From: Camelus dromedarius
Taxonomy: Eukaryota
DNA length: 64,000 bases
Reading direction: 5' to 3'
NCBI RefSeq assembly: GCF_036321535.1
Contig: NC_087438.1
Span: forward strand, 13,580,001 to 13,644,000
Below, in pieces: positions 52,831 through 64,000 of the stretch (position 1 is the stretch's first letter; every line of letters starts with the position of its first letter). The position numbers were made by a program, and so were the translations under genes. The notes under the pieces are model-generated. The model was not told the origin of the DNA, did not search any database, and was given only the letters and a program-made list of their open reading frames with translations.

Positions 52831-53550
52831 AGTAATAACTATTATTCATATAGTTACCCTTGCCTAACAGATATAAAAATTGTAGCAAATACATGGCTTA
52901 TTCATTATTCTTATTGTAGCTTAAAAGCAATATCTAAAACATAAGAAATATTCACTTTGAACTATTTTTTTCATGTCATAGGAGTATAAATCAATTTATA
53001 GAAAAGAAGTGTTGGAAAAATATTAAGTTTTTTCTTGTATTCATTCTGTTTGAAATCATGTGAGATATTTCAGGGTTTTGTGTTAAGTCTTTTGAAAAAT
53101 ATGCAGATCATAATCTTTTTTAAGGGGTCACTTTCTTTTATTAGATTTAAGTCTGAAGTGAAAGACTTCTGAAATGTTTAACTTTAGTGCTATTCAGGTG
53201 GCAAACGCTGAACATCAGGATTCCTGTTTTTTGTTGGGCTCCTTTGGTAAAGTAAAATATGAACTGACATTTAAAAATAATAAAAATTTTTGTTTAAGTT
53301 CTGCTTATTGACCAGTATCTAAACTGTGTGATTAAGTTAGGTGTAGCAATTGGGAGGGAGTGTAAAGAAGAAAAATTTCATGATTATGTTATTTCTAGTT
53401 CACAAAACACATTTGTACGCAGGTTGAAATCTTGGGGAAAATTGAAGAAACAATGTTTTGAGTAGCAAATAACAAATAATAAATTATCATTAAAATATCT
53501 TTCAATTATTTGAATTAATTGTTTTATTTAGCTAGAATTTAATTTATAGC

Positions 53551-53630
53551 TTTTTGTTTGGTGCAGAGAAAGGTTTATTGCAGGGCCAAGCAAGGAGAAT
53601 GGGTGACTCGTGCTCAAAAAACATGAACTC
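53551..53630 (-). mobile_element. Short ERV LTR (R-region) fragment with A-rich tail
   Basis: Minus strand '...cttgcttggccctgcAATAAAcctttctctgcacc-aaacaaaaa'; resembles cetartiodactyl ERV1/MER41-like LTR sequence as recalled. Confidence 0.7.
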
Positions 53631-54137
53631 TAATTTACAAATTTTCTTTATCTATCTGCCTTTGAGTTAAAATAGGAAAACTGAATACAAATGCTTATTC
53701 ATTCCAAGTCCCTGATAACCAACTGAAATAATAGTAAATGAAGAGAATTATGTACTTAGAAGGACACACACACAAAAAAAAAAAACCAAATGGAATGAGA
53801 TGATGCAGTAGATGAGATTTAAATATTAATACAAATATTTATCAGAATGAAGGGTGATGGAAGAATTAATTAACAAGAAAAAGGAAGTCACAGCATAAAA
53901 TATGTATAGAGAACAATTGTACTGGAAGAAAGCACAATTCGCCAGAACTCTGGAAAGGCTTGAAATTCAACAGGTAAAAGGGATGTTGAAGTTGAAGATC
54001 TGCTATGATCACTAAATATTTAAAAGAACCAACATATATTTTCACAATACTTTTGCTGATAGCATGTTCTTCTTGGCCTGGAGGCTTGTTCTGAGCCTGT
54101 CTGCCATAGGTCAGAATTGGAAATCCTCTTTGTGGTA

Positions 54138-54175
54138 ATCTCTCTCTCTCATTCTCTCTCTCTCTCTTCTCTCTC
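54138..54175. repeat. (CT)n imperfect microsatellite
   Basis: Direct observation. Confidence 0.85.
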
Positions 54176-56544
54176 AACTGGTGGACTGTTTAAAAAGGTT
54201 TGCTCTTTCAAAACCAAGAAGAAATGCAGAAGTCTGTATTGTTTACTTGTCGGGTTTTTTTTTTTTTTTTTTAATTCTTACCACTGCCTTTCCCCACTAT
54301 TCCATGTTAATGATATAATCACTCATGGCAAATTGTAGCAGTGGTAGTTTCCACTGAACAAGCTCAGCATGCCTTTTAAGTAAATTAACTCCTGGATTAC
54401 TTGTTTCTGGATTGCAAGAAAGTTAATTGCTAGGAATCTTTCTATTTTAAACCCATTTTGCAAACTTTGAAAAACTCAAAAAGAATACAATTGATGGTTC
54501 TTTTAAACACCAAGGTAATTTTCCAGGAATTAAGCTTTCTTGTGCCAAAATCTTGCATACTTATAAAAATGTAGAATATATAGCATCTTCAATAAATGTG
54601 ATTACATGTCATGAGGCTTAGAAACATTGAAACATATCCTTTCTTAATCTATTTTTAATGTAATAATCTGATTTCCATAATAAGCGAAATCAATTCTGAT
54701 ATAAATAAGTGTATCAATTTTGTTGTTGTTATTGTAGGAACTTTTCTTGGTCTATTTTTTATTGCAGGACTTTTTGTTTTGTTTTATCATCTAAAATTAA
54801 ATAATTGTAATAAATATTTCATTAGGCACATCCAGTAGAAAATAATAATTTTCTTGCGTTATATTAGTCATCCTGTAAGATTTAGATTAATTTTACCCTT
54901 ATAATAAAAAATTGTAATATAAGAATGATTTTGATAATAATTGTCAAAAACACTCAATCTTTACATGATATATGTGTATCACATACATAACTCATATATA
55001 TATGTATATGAGTTCCTTCAATTTTTTTTAAACTCAAATATTACAAAGTAAAATATGCTCTTCCACAACCACTCTATGTGTATTTAAACTTAATTTAAAG
55101 TTTTGCATACTTTTGCTGGAGAGTCACCAGTATATACTAGACAAAGGAAAATTAAGCATTTTTGTTTCCTGTGGAGTTGTCTCAAATTCTAATCACAAGG
55201 TAAATGTTTTCAGATATGTTGTGCTGTTTTTCCAATGAGCTCCCTCACTCCATGTTGTGCTAATATGGTTACTACCATCTATTTCAAAGATATCGACTAG
55301 AAAATGATGTGTCTATGCCTATAATTTCAAGAAAATGAATGGAAGATTAATTGGAAATCATCTAATTTTTCAAATTTTTGAGAAAATCCCATTTGAAAGG
55401 TAGTCACAGGGGTGCTTGAATGGACTCACAGTTCACATGTAAGACAACGTCATGTTACTGATTTTAATAAAGATTTAATCAGCTGAAGTCCCTTTTAGAG
55501 ACTAAAGGTAAGATATTCCTCTAGTTCATTCTTCCTCTCTCTCTCTTCTTTCTCTCTCCTTTCCCACTTCCCTTCCCAAATCTCTCATATTTTAAAAAAA
55601 GAAAGTTTGAAAGAAAGATTAATAGGTTTATATTAATAAATGTATATTTTTACAATCTATTATGTCTAACCATTACCTAATATTCTTGAAAAGTATACAA
55701 TTAATCAATGATAGAATTGATAAGAAAAAAAATTTGTATGGAAATTTAAAGAAAATTAGTCCAGTTCCCAACAAATGGAATATGCCAGCTTTGGTTAATA
55801 AAACAAGTTCTATGAATTTCATTTTCTCTATTTCTATTAAATTTGCAAGTTTAAAAACCCAAGAGTGAATTGCAGAATAGAAATAAATCAGCAATTGTTG
55901 CAGAGAAGTTGATCCCACACCAATTAGGAGCATGAGTCTAGTTTTAAGTCACATGAATTTGAGTGAGTAACGACGGGTTGTTACTGACTGATACATGTTC
56001 CCTTGTTAGCGTTGCAGCTGTGAAATGTGTGTGATTCTAAATCAATTCAACTGACTTTTATTTTTTTTTTTTTTGGTGTATGTTAATTTTTTTTCTTTTA
56101 TTACCTTTATCCATTTCCATTTTTTTCCATCTTCCTTTGAAGCTTGTGAAAAATAATTCTCTTTTCCTAACTTGCTGCATCTATGTAGGCTATCTTTTTT
56201 GTAGAAAATTTCTCTAGCATAGAGCCCAACATCTACAGATTAGAGATTCTAAAAAATAACCTGATAATCAAAATATGTAATAATACCATATGAGACCATA
56301 TGTATAATGCAAATAACAAACTTGTTTCTATTAAACTGTCAAAAATGTGATATTATGTAAAATATAATTTACTTGATAGTAATAGGTCTTTCTTCTTACC
56401 ACCAACATAATGCTGTATAAAAACATTTCCATGGAATAAATTGCTAAAATCCATGTTTCATGGCATAATATTGCTTAAATTCAAGACACCAAAGGAAAAA
56501 AATTTCAGTAAAAATCTTAATATATACATGCATACATACATAGT

Positions 56545-57003
56545 ACATAGCAGTCTGATTCCTGGCAGAAAAAAAGACAGGACACCTAATTTAAGACAGT
56601 TTTTAAAAGGACTGTTTATAGAATTATGGACCAACAAGGGTAACAAAGGTGTTACATCCTGTGAAATCATTAGTACAACCAGGTCTGAAGGAGCAAGGGC
56701 TTCAAGAGTTTACCAAAATCTGGAAGGAACTGCAGCTCTGAAACCTCTAGCCACAGATGAAGAAACACAGTCACTTTGATACTAATGGCCTGATAGGAGG
56801 ATGCATGGAAAACAGATACCCTGTTCTCTCTCTCTCTCTCTCATCTTCCAGTCTACTGCTAGTGCCTTCCATTGGTCCAATCCAACTGAAAGCTACAGAC
56901 TGGTGAGACATTCTATAGAAGTCAGTCTACAGGTAACTGGGCATTGATCAGAATGAAGGGTAGAGAGAGGATCTGGAAGAGTAAATAGAGATTATTTAAC
57001 ACA
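56545..57003 (-). mobile_element. LTR33-like ERVL solo LTR
   Basis: 'ggtctgaaggagcaaggg', 'ctgctagtgccttccattggtccaatccaactgaaagc', ending 'agagaggatctggaagagtaaatagagattatttaacaca'. Confidence 0.85.
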
Positions 57004-57189
57004 GTACTGATTTAAAAACTGGCATGGAGAAGACTGGCTTCTCTTTTAAATGACGTCAGAAATCCTATCAATAGCAGTCGTATTACCGTAATTGGGAGAC
57101 TGAAAATGAACAATTTCATAAATGCCTCTTAACAAGTCAATCAAAAAAGTAGAGTTAATTCTTATAAGATCATTTTATATCAGTGATAT

Positions 57190-57480
57190 TTTGACAAAAT
57201 CAAGATACCCCACGATCTCCACAGCCTTAAGGAACAGGCTGAATTTGACAGGGTGAAATGTTACAAATGTAAATTCCGTTGGCTACGTTGAAAAATCAAC
57301 AAGTTCAAAGCACAGTATGGCACTTAACAGAAATAAAGGTAAGACATCCTCAGGGGGTTTTGCCTGTGGTCAGTGAGCACCTGGGGAATCAACAGAAGTC
57401 TGTGGCTGTTTGATATGGAAATCACATCCAGAGTTAGAGGCAGTGCCTCGGGACATAATGCTCCTCTTTATTTCGGATTC
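57190..57480 (+). mobile_element. L3/CR1 LINE RT fragment
   Basis: 'aaaatcaagataccccacgatctccacagcc...gtgaaatgttacaaatgtaaattcc...gaaaaatcaac...gggggttttg...aatcaacag' follow the L3 consensus. Confidence 0.7.
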
Positions 57481-57719
57481 ACAGTGATATACAGCACATC
57501 CCCTGTCCAAGTAATTTAGTTATTAGCAGCTGTACAGGATGACTACTTCCAAATGTTAATTCTGTGAGTCTGAAAAGACATGTGAAATAAACTTTAAAAT
57601 TGTAAATCACCTGATTCCACAAAGATTTATTGAACAAGTGCCGTAAGTAAGTCACTGTACTAGAGAAAATGAATGTAATGATAGATATTTATAACCAATA
57701 TCTGCAGGTAAATGTGCAA

Positions 57720-57965
57720 AATTAATGACTAATGTATGCTGAGAATCTACTGTGAATCAGAACTCTCTTTAGCACATTGTTCATATTACATAACTGTTAT
57801 AATTAGCCTAGTAAGTAGCTATTCTAACATCCCCATGTCACAGAAAAGGAGTCGGGCCCAGAGTTAAAGCACCTTGCTCAAGATCATAGATGGTACCTTA
57901 CGGTAAAGCCAGAACCCATGCTCTAGTTCCAGAACCCATGTTCTAACCATTATGTAATACTGTCT
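57720..57965 (-). mobile_element. MIR SINE
   Basis: 'ctattctaacatccccatgtcacagaaaaggag...gagttaaagcaccttgctcaagatcataga...tctaaccattatg'. Confidence 0.85.
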
Positions 57966-58624
57966 CCCCATCAGAGCTATTTATATGCTAAAACGGATTC
58001 AGTTGAATCAGATTTTTGGTAAAAAAAAATGCTGTCCATGAGATTAGGATTCGAGTATGATTTTTTGAAATATGAGTTAGACACTGCTTGGTTTCATCTT
58101 GATTCTTCTATAATTCCTTCCCTTATTATGGCAGTGTTCTGTAAGACTCAGTTCTCCCACTGCTTTTATTTGGTGAGAGGAGTTCATTCCATACTTTCCC
58201 TGGTTGCTCTGATCCCAAATTAGGTCATCGACAATGAAGCAGAAATCAATATCCTCAAATCTGGGTTTTCAGCCCAGACTTAACTCCTAAGCTCCATGTT
58301 AAAAGGCTCAGGACTCCACATTTTGATATCTCAAGAGTTCTACACTTTCAACCTGTCTGGGACTGAAATGCCAGCTACTTCTTCCAGCCTCCTCCTAATT
58401 CACAACAGCACCACAAACAGCTGATCAGGATCTGTGTCTATCATGCCCAACTATGGATTTATACAATTCAACATAGATCTTGAAATATATTCTATATATA
58501 TTAAAAAAATACTGAATTAAAAATAAAAGAATGTGTAAAAGATGAAAGAAACAGAATATATGCCAATAATATTGGTCCCTAATATGCATTTAATATACCT
58601 AATATATATTTTTACCACTCAAGT

Positions 58625-58800
58625 CTTGCTTGCAAACTATAGATGTCAACTGTGTATTTTGGCTCACGACACCTGCATTTGATCCATGTCTGCTTACAAC
58701 ACCTGGAGTAGTTTGTTTTTCCTTACTGGACCCTGCCTGGTATACTGTAGACAGATCAGTACCTCAGAAAGTGTCCAGAGAAGCCTAGATTAGACAAGGG
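58625..58800 (+). mobile_element. 3' end of a class III LTR plus possible PBS-proximal sequence
   Basis: 'tctgcttacaacacctggagtagtttgtttttccttactggaccctgcctggtatac' matches the ending of old ERVL LTRs (...cctgactggaccctgactgataca). Confidence 0.55.
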
Positions 58801-58804
58801 GCAT

Positions 58805-60140
58805 CTCTGATGCCTCTATCCCTGACACCATGGCCCCTTTGTCTGCAGTCCCCTGAGCAAGCACTGAGATGGTTGGAGACATTGGATGACTGATAACAAA
58901 AAAGTAATGGGGTTGTGTGAGAAACACTTTAATACACAGTTTAGTCTATTAGCTAAAACCCCGTTCTAGATGGGAAGCTAAGTTTGCATGAATTTTTGTT
59001 TTCTGATGGTCAGTTCCATTTCCCTTTGAGCCCAAGAGCTAGCCAAAAGCAGTTTGTCAGAAGAACAGAATGTTGTTGTTTTCGTACCAGAGAGGGTATG
59101 TATAGCTTTTCTCCAAATACGCAGGCCTGTGAGCTGTGACGACTCCATGCAGGTTTTCCCAGACTCCGCACTTCAGATGACATAGCATTTTGCCACCTAT
59201 GATTTGAGTAGAATGGGATCCCATCGGTCATAAAGGCCACTTGGTGACAAAGTTTTTTTAATCAAACCCTGGGCCATTTAAATACATTCTTCATACTCTG
59301 GGAACCATTCAAACCCTCAAATCGGTTAGAGTTGCATGAACAAACATCACAAACATTCCCTTTAAAATCAGTGAGATCCTCAAAGAATTACTCCTCCCTC
59401 TTAGCAGTAGGAGAGTCAGAGTGCGAAGCGTAGCACCGTGCTTTTAACTTCAACTTGACAATGCAGTCTCCGACTTGGTAGTGGGCCCATTCATTCTGAT
59501 GGGGTGTTTCTCCACTATCTGTCATGCATTTTTCCAACCAAAGCAGCTGGAGAACCTCATATATTTTGTCTCTCAGGTCCCATAAGCGAGATGTTATTGA
59601 TTAAGTGGATCCTGTGATGTCCTGGTAGGTCAATGAATAGTTCTCCTTTACTAAGACATGGAGAGTGATATAAAATTAAGTCACAGAGCAAAGGCGTCCT
59701 GTGACTTGTGTTTAATTGTTTCCAGTGTTCTCTGCTTACTGGTATACAGAAAACACAAGTTGCACACCCAGGGCCAGAAACTGGATTGATTTGCTTCAGT
59801 TAAGAGATAACATCCAGAAATTCTCTAAAGCAAGCTTGTTGGAAGGTTTCTGATCCTGACTTCTGTTGAGAATTGAAGGACTTTAGACTGTCATCTTGTT
59901 TCTTTAGCTGTTCATTGACTGCTATCACACTTCCTTAGCTTCTTCACATCCATGTGCCATATGTTTTGTGTAGTGATAAGATCCATTGGTTCCATAAGAC
60001 TTGTCTTTAATGGAAATTTATTTCAGGTGACATTGATTAAATGCTTGAAAACTGGCTGCCAGATTTTTTACCATTCCAAATCAGCTGGATTTTCAGTAGT
60101 CTCCCCTTGGCACTAATCCCAGTTCTTTCAGAATAAATTC
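58805..60140 (-). mobile_element. Degenerate ERV-L-type internal region (gag start, RT, RNase H, integrase start)
   Basis: Minus-strand translations IHLINNISLMGP (eroded VHYIDDIMLIGP, 59593-59604), SPTAKREE, FEWFPEYE, LYDRWDPILL, KLLLASSWAQREMELT (KQLLACYWALVETERLT) and gag-like LKKQDDSLKSFNSQ. Confidence 0.82.
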
Positions 60141-60144
60141 TAAA

Positions 60145-60696
60145 CTGGTTGCAATTCTTGCTTCCATGTGACTATAACTTCACTTAGTTAATCATAAATG
60201 AAATTTAATGGCAGAGGATTTGATTGCCCCTAATATGGAAAAGGTTGCTGATAATCATGCTCAATAAACATTAAATAAAAAGACAAAAACTGCTAAGATT
60301 AGCCATCTCAGAAAACTGCTGTTGTTCCTCACAACCTCTTCCACGGGGACAACCGTGTCTGGACAGGAGCCACTCTCCTGCTGGGTTCCACTTCCCTTGG
60401 ACAGTTTGTCCTAAGCGATTAGACTCTGCACTCTGTTGATTCTGCTATCAAAACTGTATAAATGTCATCATGTTTTCGATTCATTTACTCAAGACTCAAA
60501 TCCTTCCATGGTGGGAGGGAGCAGAGATGTGACCAGGGAGCTTAGATGCTACGCTGCCGAAGTGAAAGGAAGGGATTATCTACCCGTCTTCAGCTTCCAT
60601 GGCAGATGGCTTGGTTGGCTTCCTTCTAACTTGAGATTTCCCCCAATTCAAAAGGGCAGCCAAAGCAGGAAAAATATCCAATGAACCTGTTAAACA
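60145..60696 (-). mobile_element. Very old class III LTR (MLT1M/N/O or LTR78-like), probable 5' LTR of the adjacent internal region
   Basis: 'attcttgcttccatgtgac...aaatgaaatttaatgg' and 'catttactcaagactcaaatcc...gagcttag...cagcttccat' resemble antisense old LTRs; same orientation as the internal region. Confidence 0.5.
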
Positions 60697-61797
60697 CGAA
60701 AAATACATGAGATTTAAAAAAGGAGGTAAAACAGAAAATTAACAATAATTCAAATCTTTCGTCAGCCAATGCCATCACTGCATAAATGTTCAGAACCATC
60801 CTTTATGACCAGATCAAAGCATAATAGATCCTCTCTAAAATGACCTCTCTGTCTTCATTATGGGGAACGGGATATTTACTCCCACTGTAGCCTCTCTCGT
60901 TCTCCCTTCCATACCACACTCATGTGAGATAAAGCTTTTAGTTTAAGGAAATGGTGAAAGGAGAGATGTCCATTCCATCCACACATCATGCTAATGGGTG
61001 CATATGGCTTTGAATTCAGGAAATGATTCCACTCCAAAATTTCTCACCCAGTAGAAAATGTTATTTTATTAAAAATCTTCTACTTATGAATATATGCACT
61101 CTTTCTACTTTAAGTAATACTTTAGAGCAGACACATAATAGAAATATAAAAGCTAATTATATAAAATAAAGAATTTGACCCATTATGAGGCACAGGTAAT
61201 TATGAAAAGAAAAGCAAAAATTTGAAAGGTCAAGGAAACAGCCATCTGCTTAACAATCTGACCATCTGTGAAAAATATTTCAAGGCCAGTTAAAAGCTCT
61301 GAAGGCCCTAAATGCTACCCAGAAAGATGCCTAATAAGTTAGTCTACACCTGAACTCAAGGTATAAGACATAGACAGTGTGAGCACTATGATCATTCATT
61401 TTTTTAAATCAATTTAAATTTGTCTTGTTAATTAGAAAGAGTACCTAGTTTCTTTTAATTAAATTCTTATGAAGAGGCATTAAAGTTAGGTGAAAAAGTC
61501 ATATTAATCTGCACATTCATTATGACTGAAAACAGTGATACACTGTCTGATATCTTTGATTAAATTGGATGTGTTCAAAAGTATGTATTTTACTTATATG
61601 TAGTACCATATTTTAATTTCATTATTAAAATATATTAAGATATTTCAAAAAGCATTTAAAGGGAAAATTGAGTTAGTCTGCTAGTGAAATTAAAAAAAAA
61701 ACCTAAAAAAAATAAAGAATCCTCTTATTCAATCTCTCCCAGTACAATCTTCCAGACAAAGTAACTGTTAAAACTCCAAAGAAAATTTATAAATGTG

Positions 61798-61799
<2 letters not shown>

Positions 61800-61845
<46 letters not shown>
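61800..61845. repeat. (TG)23 microsatellite
   Basis: Direct observation; perfect repeat. Confidence 0.97.
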
Positions 61846-61846
<1 letters not shown>

Positions 61847-62439
61847 CTGGTATTGTGAATGACTGGATTTAAAATAATACATGATTCTGAGACATTTTGA
61901 AAACTTTTGAGTTTTTTAGTCAAAAATAAAGTCCATTTTTCTATTTGTACATCTCTATTATTATATCCTTTAATTGTTTAATTAAAAAATACATTTATGC
62001 ACATTTCCTAAATTGATTCCCAGCATTTATAACTTTATCTCCTGCAAAAATCACTTTTCTTCCATTATTTAGCCCAATTATTTATGGATGTTTAATAAGA
62101 ATATTTAATGTTCATTTGAGGGTAAATTAACAAATAAGCTTCATGAATTATTTCACAGTTGTTGCTTGTTCCTAGGTGAATCTTAGATTTTCTGACAACA
62201 AATCACTCCCTCTGAAGGCGTCATTCAACTTCAGCAGTTATTCATCACCACGTCCACACTGGACGCAGCCCTGGACATCAGGGATGCAGGAGTGAACTAG
62301 CGATGAGGTTCATGTTCTCAGGGAGCTGCCTACATTCTAAAGGGGAAATTCAAGAAACCAATAGATGCTTTTAAGGTTAAGTACAGAAAATCAACATTTT
62401 TAAAATATGAAAATTTATAATACAAGAATAAACCATAAA

Positions 62440-63600
62440 TGTCCCTTTTCTGGTTTCCTCTGTTGGTTTTTCAGTTAAGTATAGGCATGTGTATCTATTG
62501 TTTCCTTATGACTGATTTTATGTCTTGTTAAAGAAATCTTTCAGGATGTCAAAGTACAAACAATTCAGTTATATTTACCAATCAGTGTCCCCAAGGTTTT
62601 GGTGTTTGTTTCTTCTTTTGTTATTGATTATAATTTTTGCCTTTAAGAATTTGCCCCATCTGAAGTCAGTCGTTGAATATACAGTACATAGTTTAATTAA
62701 GTCCATCTTTTTAATGTCATTAGTTTTCTGCTTCATTTTTCCCAACTGCCCCTTCTTTCCTCAGTGACCTAGCAAGCAACCTCTGTCATCTATCAGAGTT
62801 GCCTGTTTCTGGGATCTCTATCCTACTCCGTTGATTAATCCTGAGTTCATGCCACAATATCAACATTAACATTGTTTCATACGTCCCGGTATCATGAATG
62901 ACCAGTTGTCCTCCTTGGTCCTTTTTCAGAAATGGTCTTACTATATCAATATTTTACATATTTGAGAATTGGCTTATTAAGCTCCGTGAATTATTCTGTT
63001 GTGGAACCTACACACGGTATTGACTATATTTATATTGAGAGAAAATCCTCAGCTTCAAATTATTTATTCTTTTCACATATAACATGGTGTATATCTCCCT
63101 TAAGTTATGTCTATTATAATTCTTTTAATAAAGTTTTATCATTATCTGATAGAATTCTTACAATCTGCCTTACAGTTTAACAAGTAAAATGAAATAACAA
63201 GAAACATATAGCTCTGAAGCAGTGATTTTATTATATTTTATTTACATATTTGTTATACTGAATGTGTAGAAATCTTTTAATGTTTATGTGGCAGATGGGT
63301 AGTCATAATTAGGCAACTTAAATTCATATTTTACTTTCACCAGTAAATTTTTAAAAAGTATTGGCATAAAGAGAATTATCAATTTTCTCTTCCACCTAGT
63401 TTTATGTACAGAAAATCCAAACATATTGATTTATTAACTTACTGAATTGTCTTTACATTTATTTTATCATTCACTTATTAAATATTAACTTACTGAATAA
63501 GTCCTATATATTTAACATCATCATAAATATAGGTGTAATAAATAAGAACAATAAAACCTACATACTATAATCTGGATTTTAAATTTCTTGCTCTTAAAGT
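62440..63600 (-). mobile_element. Eroded L1ME/L1M5 ORF2 fragment
   Basis: 'tgtcttgttaaagaaatcttt', 'ctgtttctgggatctctatcctactccgttgatt', 'catattttactttcaccag'. Confidence 0.7.
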
Positions 63601-64000
63601 ATATCTTATTATAACCATCTTTTAATTCAAAAAGAAGTAACTGGGTGTAAGCCCATTTAAATGTGTAAAAGTAAAGTTTACTGGTAAAATATTTGTCATC
63701 TCTATTTCATGAAGAACATTATGTATGTGTGTATACATTTAGAGATACGAATATATATATATGTGTATATATATATATATGAAAATAATGAGGAGCAAAG
63801 TTCTTAAGGAAAATGTATTAAGAAAATGAAAGCCCATTGCCAGCTAAGGGTGGGAAAGTGAGGCGGTAGCTATTTGGGAGAACATTACTTAAAGGAAAAA
63901 AAAAGTGAAATGCATCTGATAATGCATAGGCCTGTAATTAATTATTTTTGCATTATTAAAATAGCCATGAGTTTGATGAACAAATATATAGGTGTATTGT

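Noticed and set aside
54989..55014. Hairpin aactcatata...tatatgagtt
   Set aside because: 10-bp stem built largely on a TA run; too short for a miRNA or MITE.
1..64000. Prokaryotic-type systems (CRISPR, operons, defence loci) or non-retroviral endogenous viral elements
   Set aside because: The sequence is mammalian; there are no long ORFs or repeat-spacer arrays, and the virus-like translations I could find are all ERV-L or LINE.

Overview
This is AT-rich, CpG-depleted mammalian non-coding DNA (gene desert or large intron), most likely from a camelid. That assignment rests on three tRNA-derived SINEs resembling the camelid Vic-1 family and several young camelid-type L1 3' ends. I found no credible protein-coding exon, RNA gene, CpG island or CRISPR array. 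The supplied ORFs are chance ORFs, microsatellite translations, or fragments of L1 ORF2 and ERVL pol. Much of the window is transposon debris: L1, L2, L3/CR1, MIR, MER5A, MER58A, MLT1, LTR16/33/40 and two eroded ERV-L internal regions with recognisable RT/RNase H/integrase motifs. I did not find a new biological system. The most notable observations are mechanistic: a probable L1-mediated retrocopy of an ERV LTR transcript, a twin-primed inverted L1, two atypical L1 fragments that look like DNA-repair patches, a SINE with a possible 3' transduction, and a 260-bp pure pyrimidine tract. Repeat family names come from my recall of consensus sequences, not from a database search, and boundaries of old repeats are approximate.
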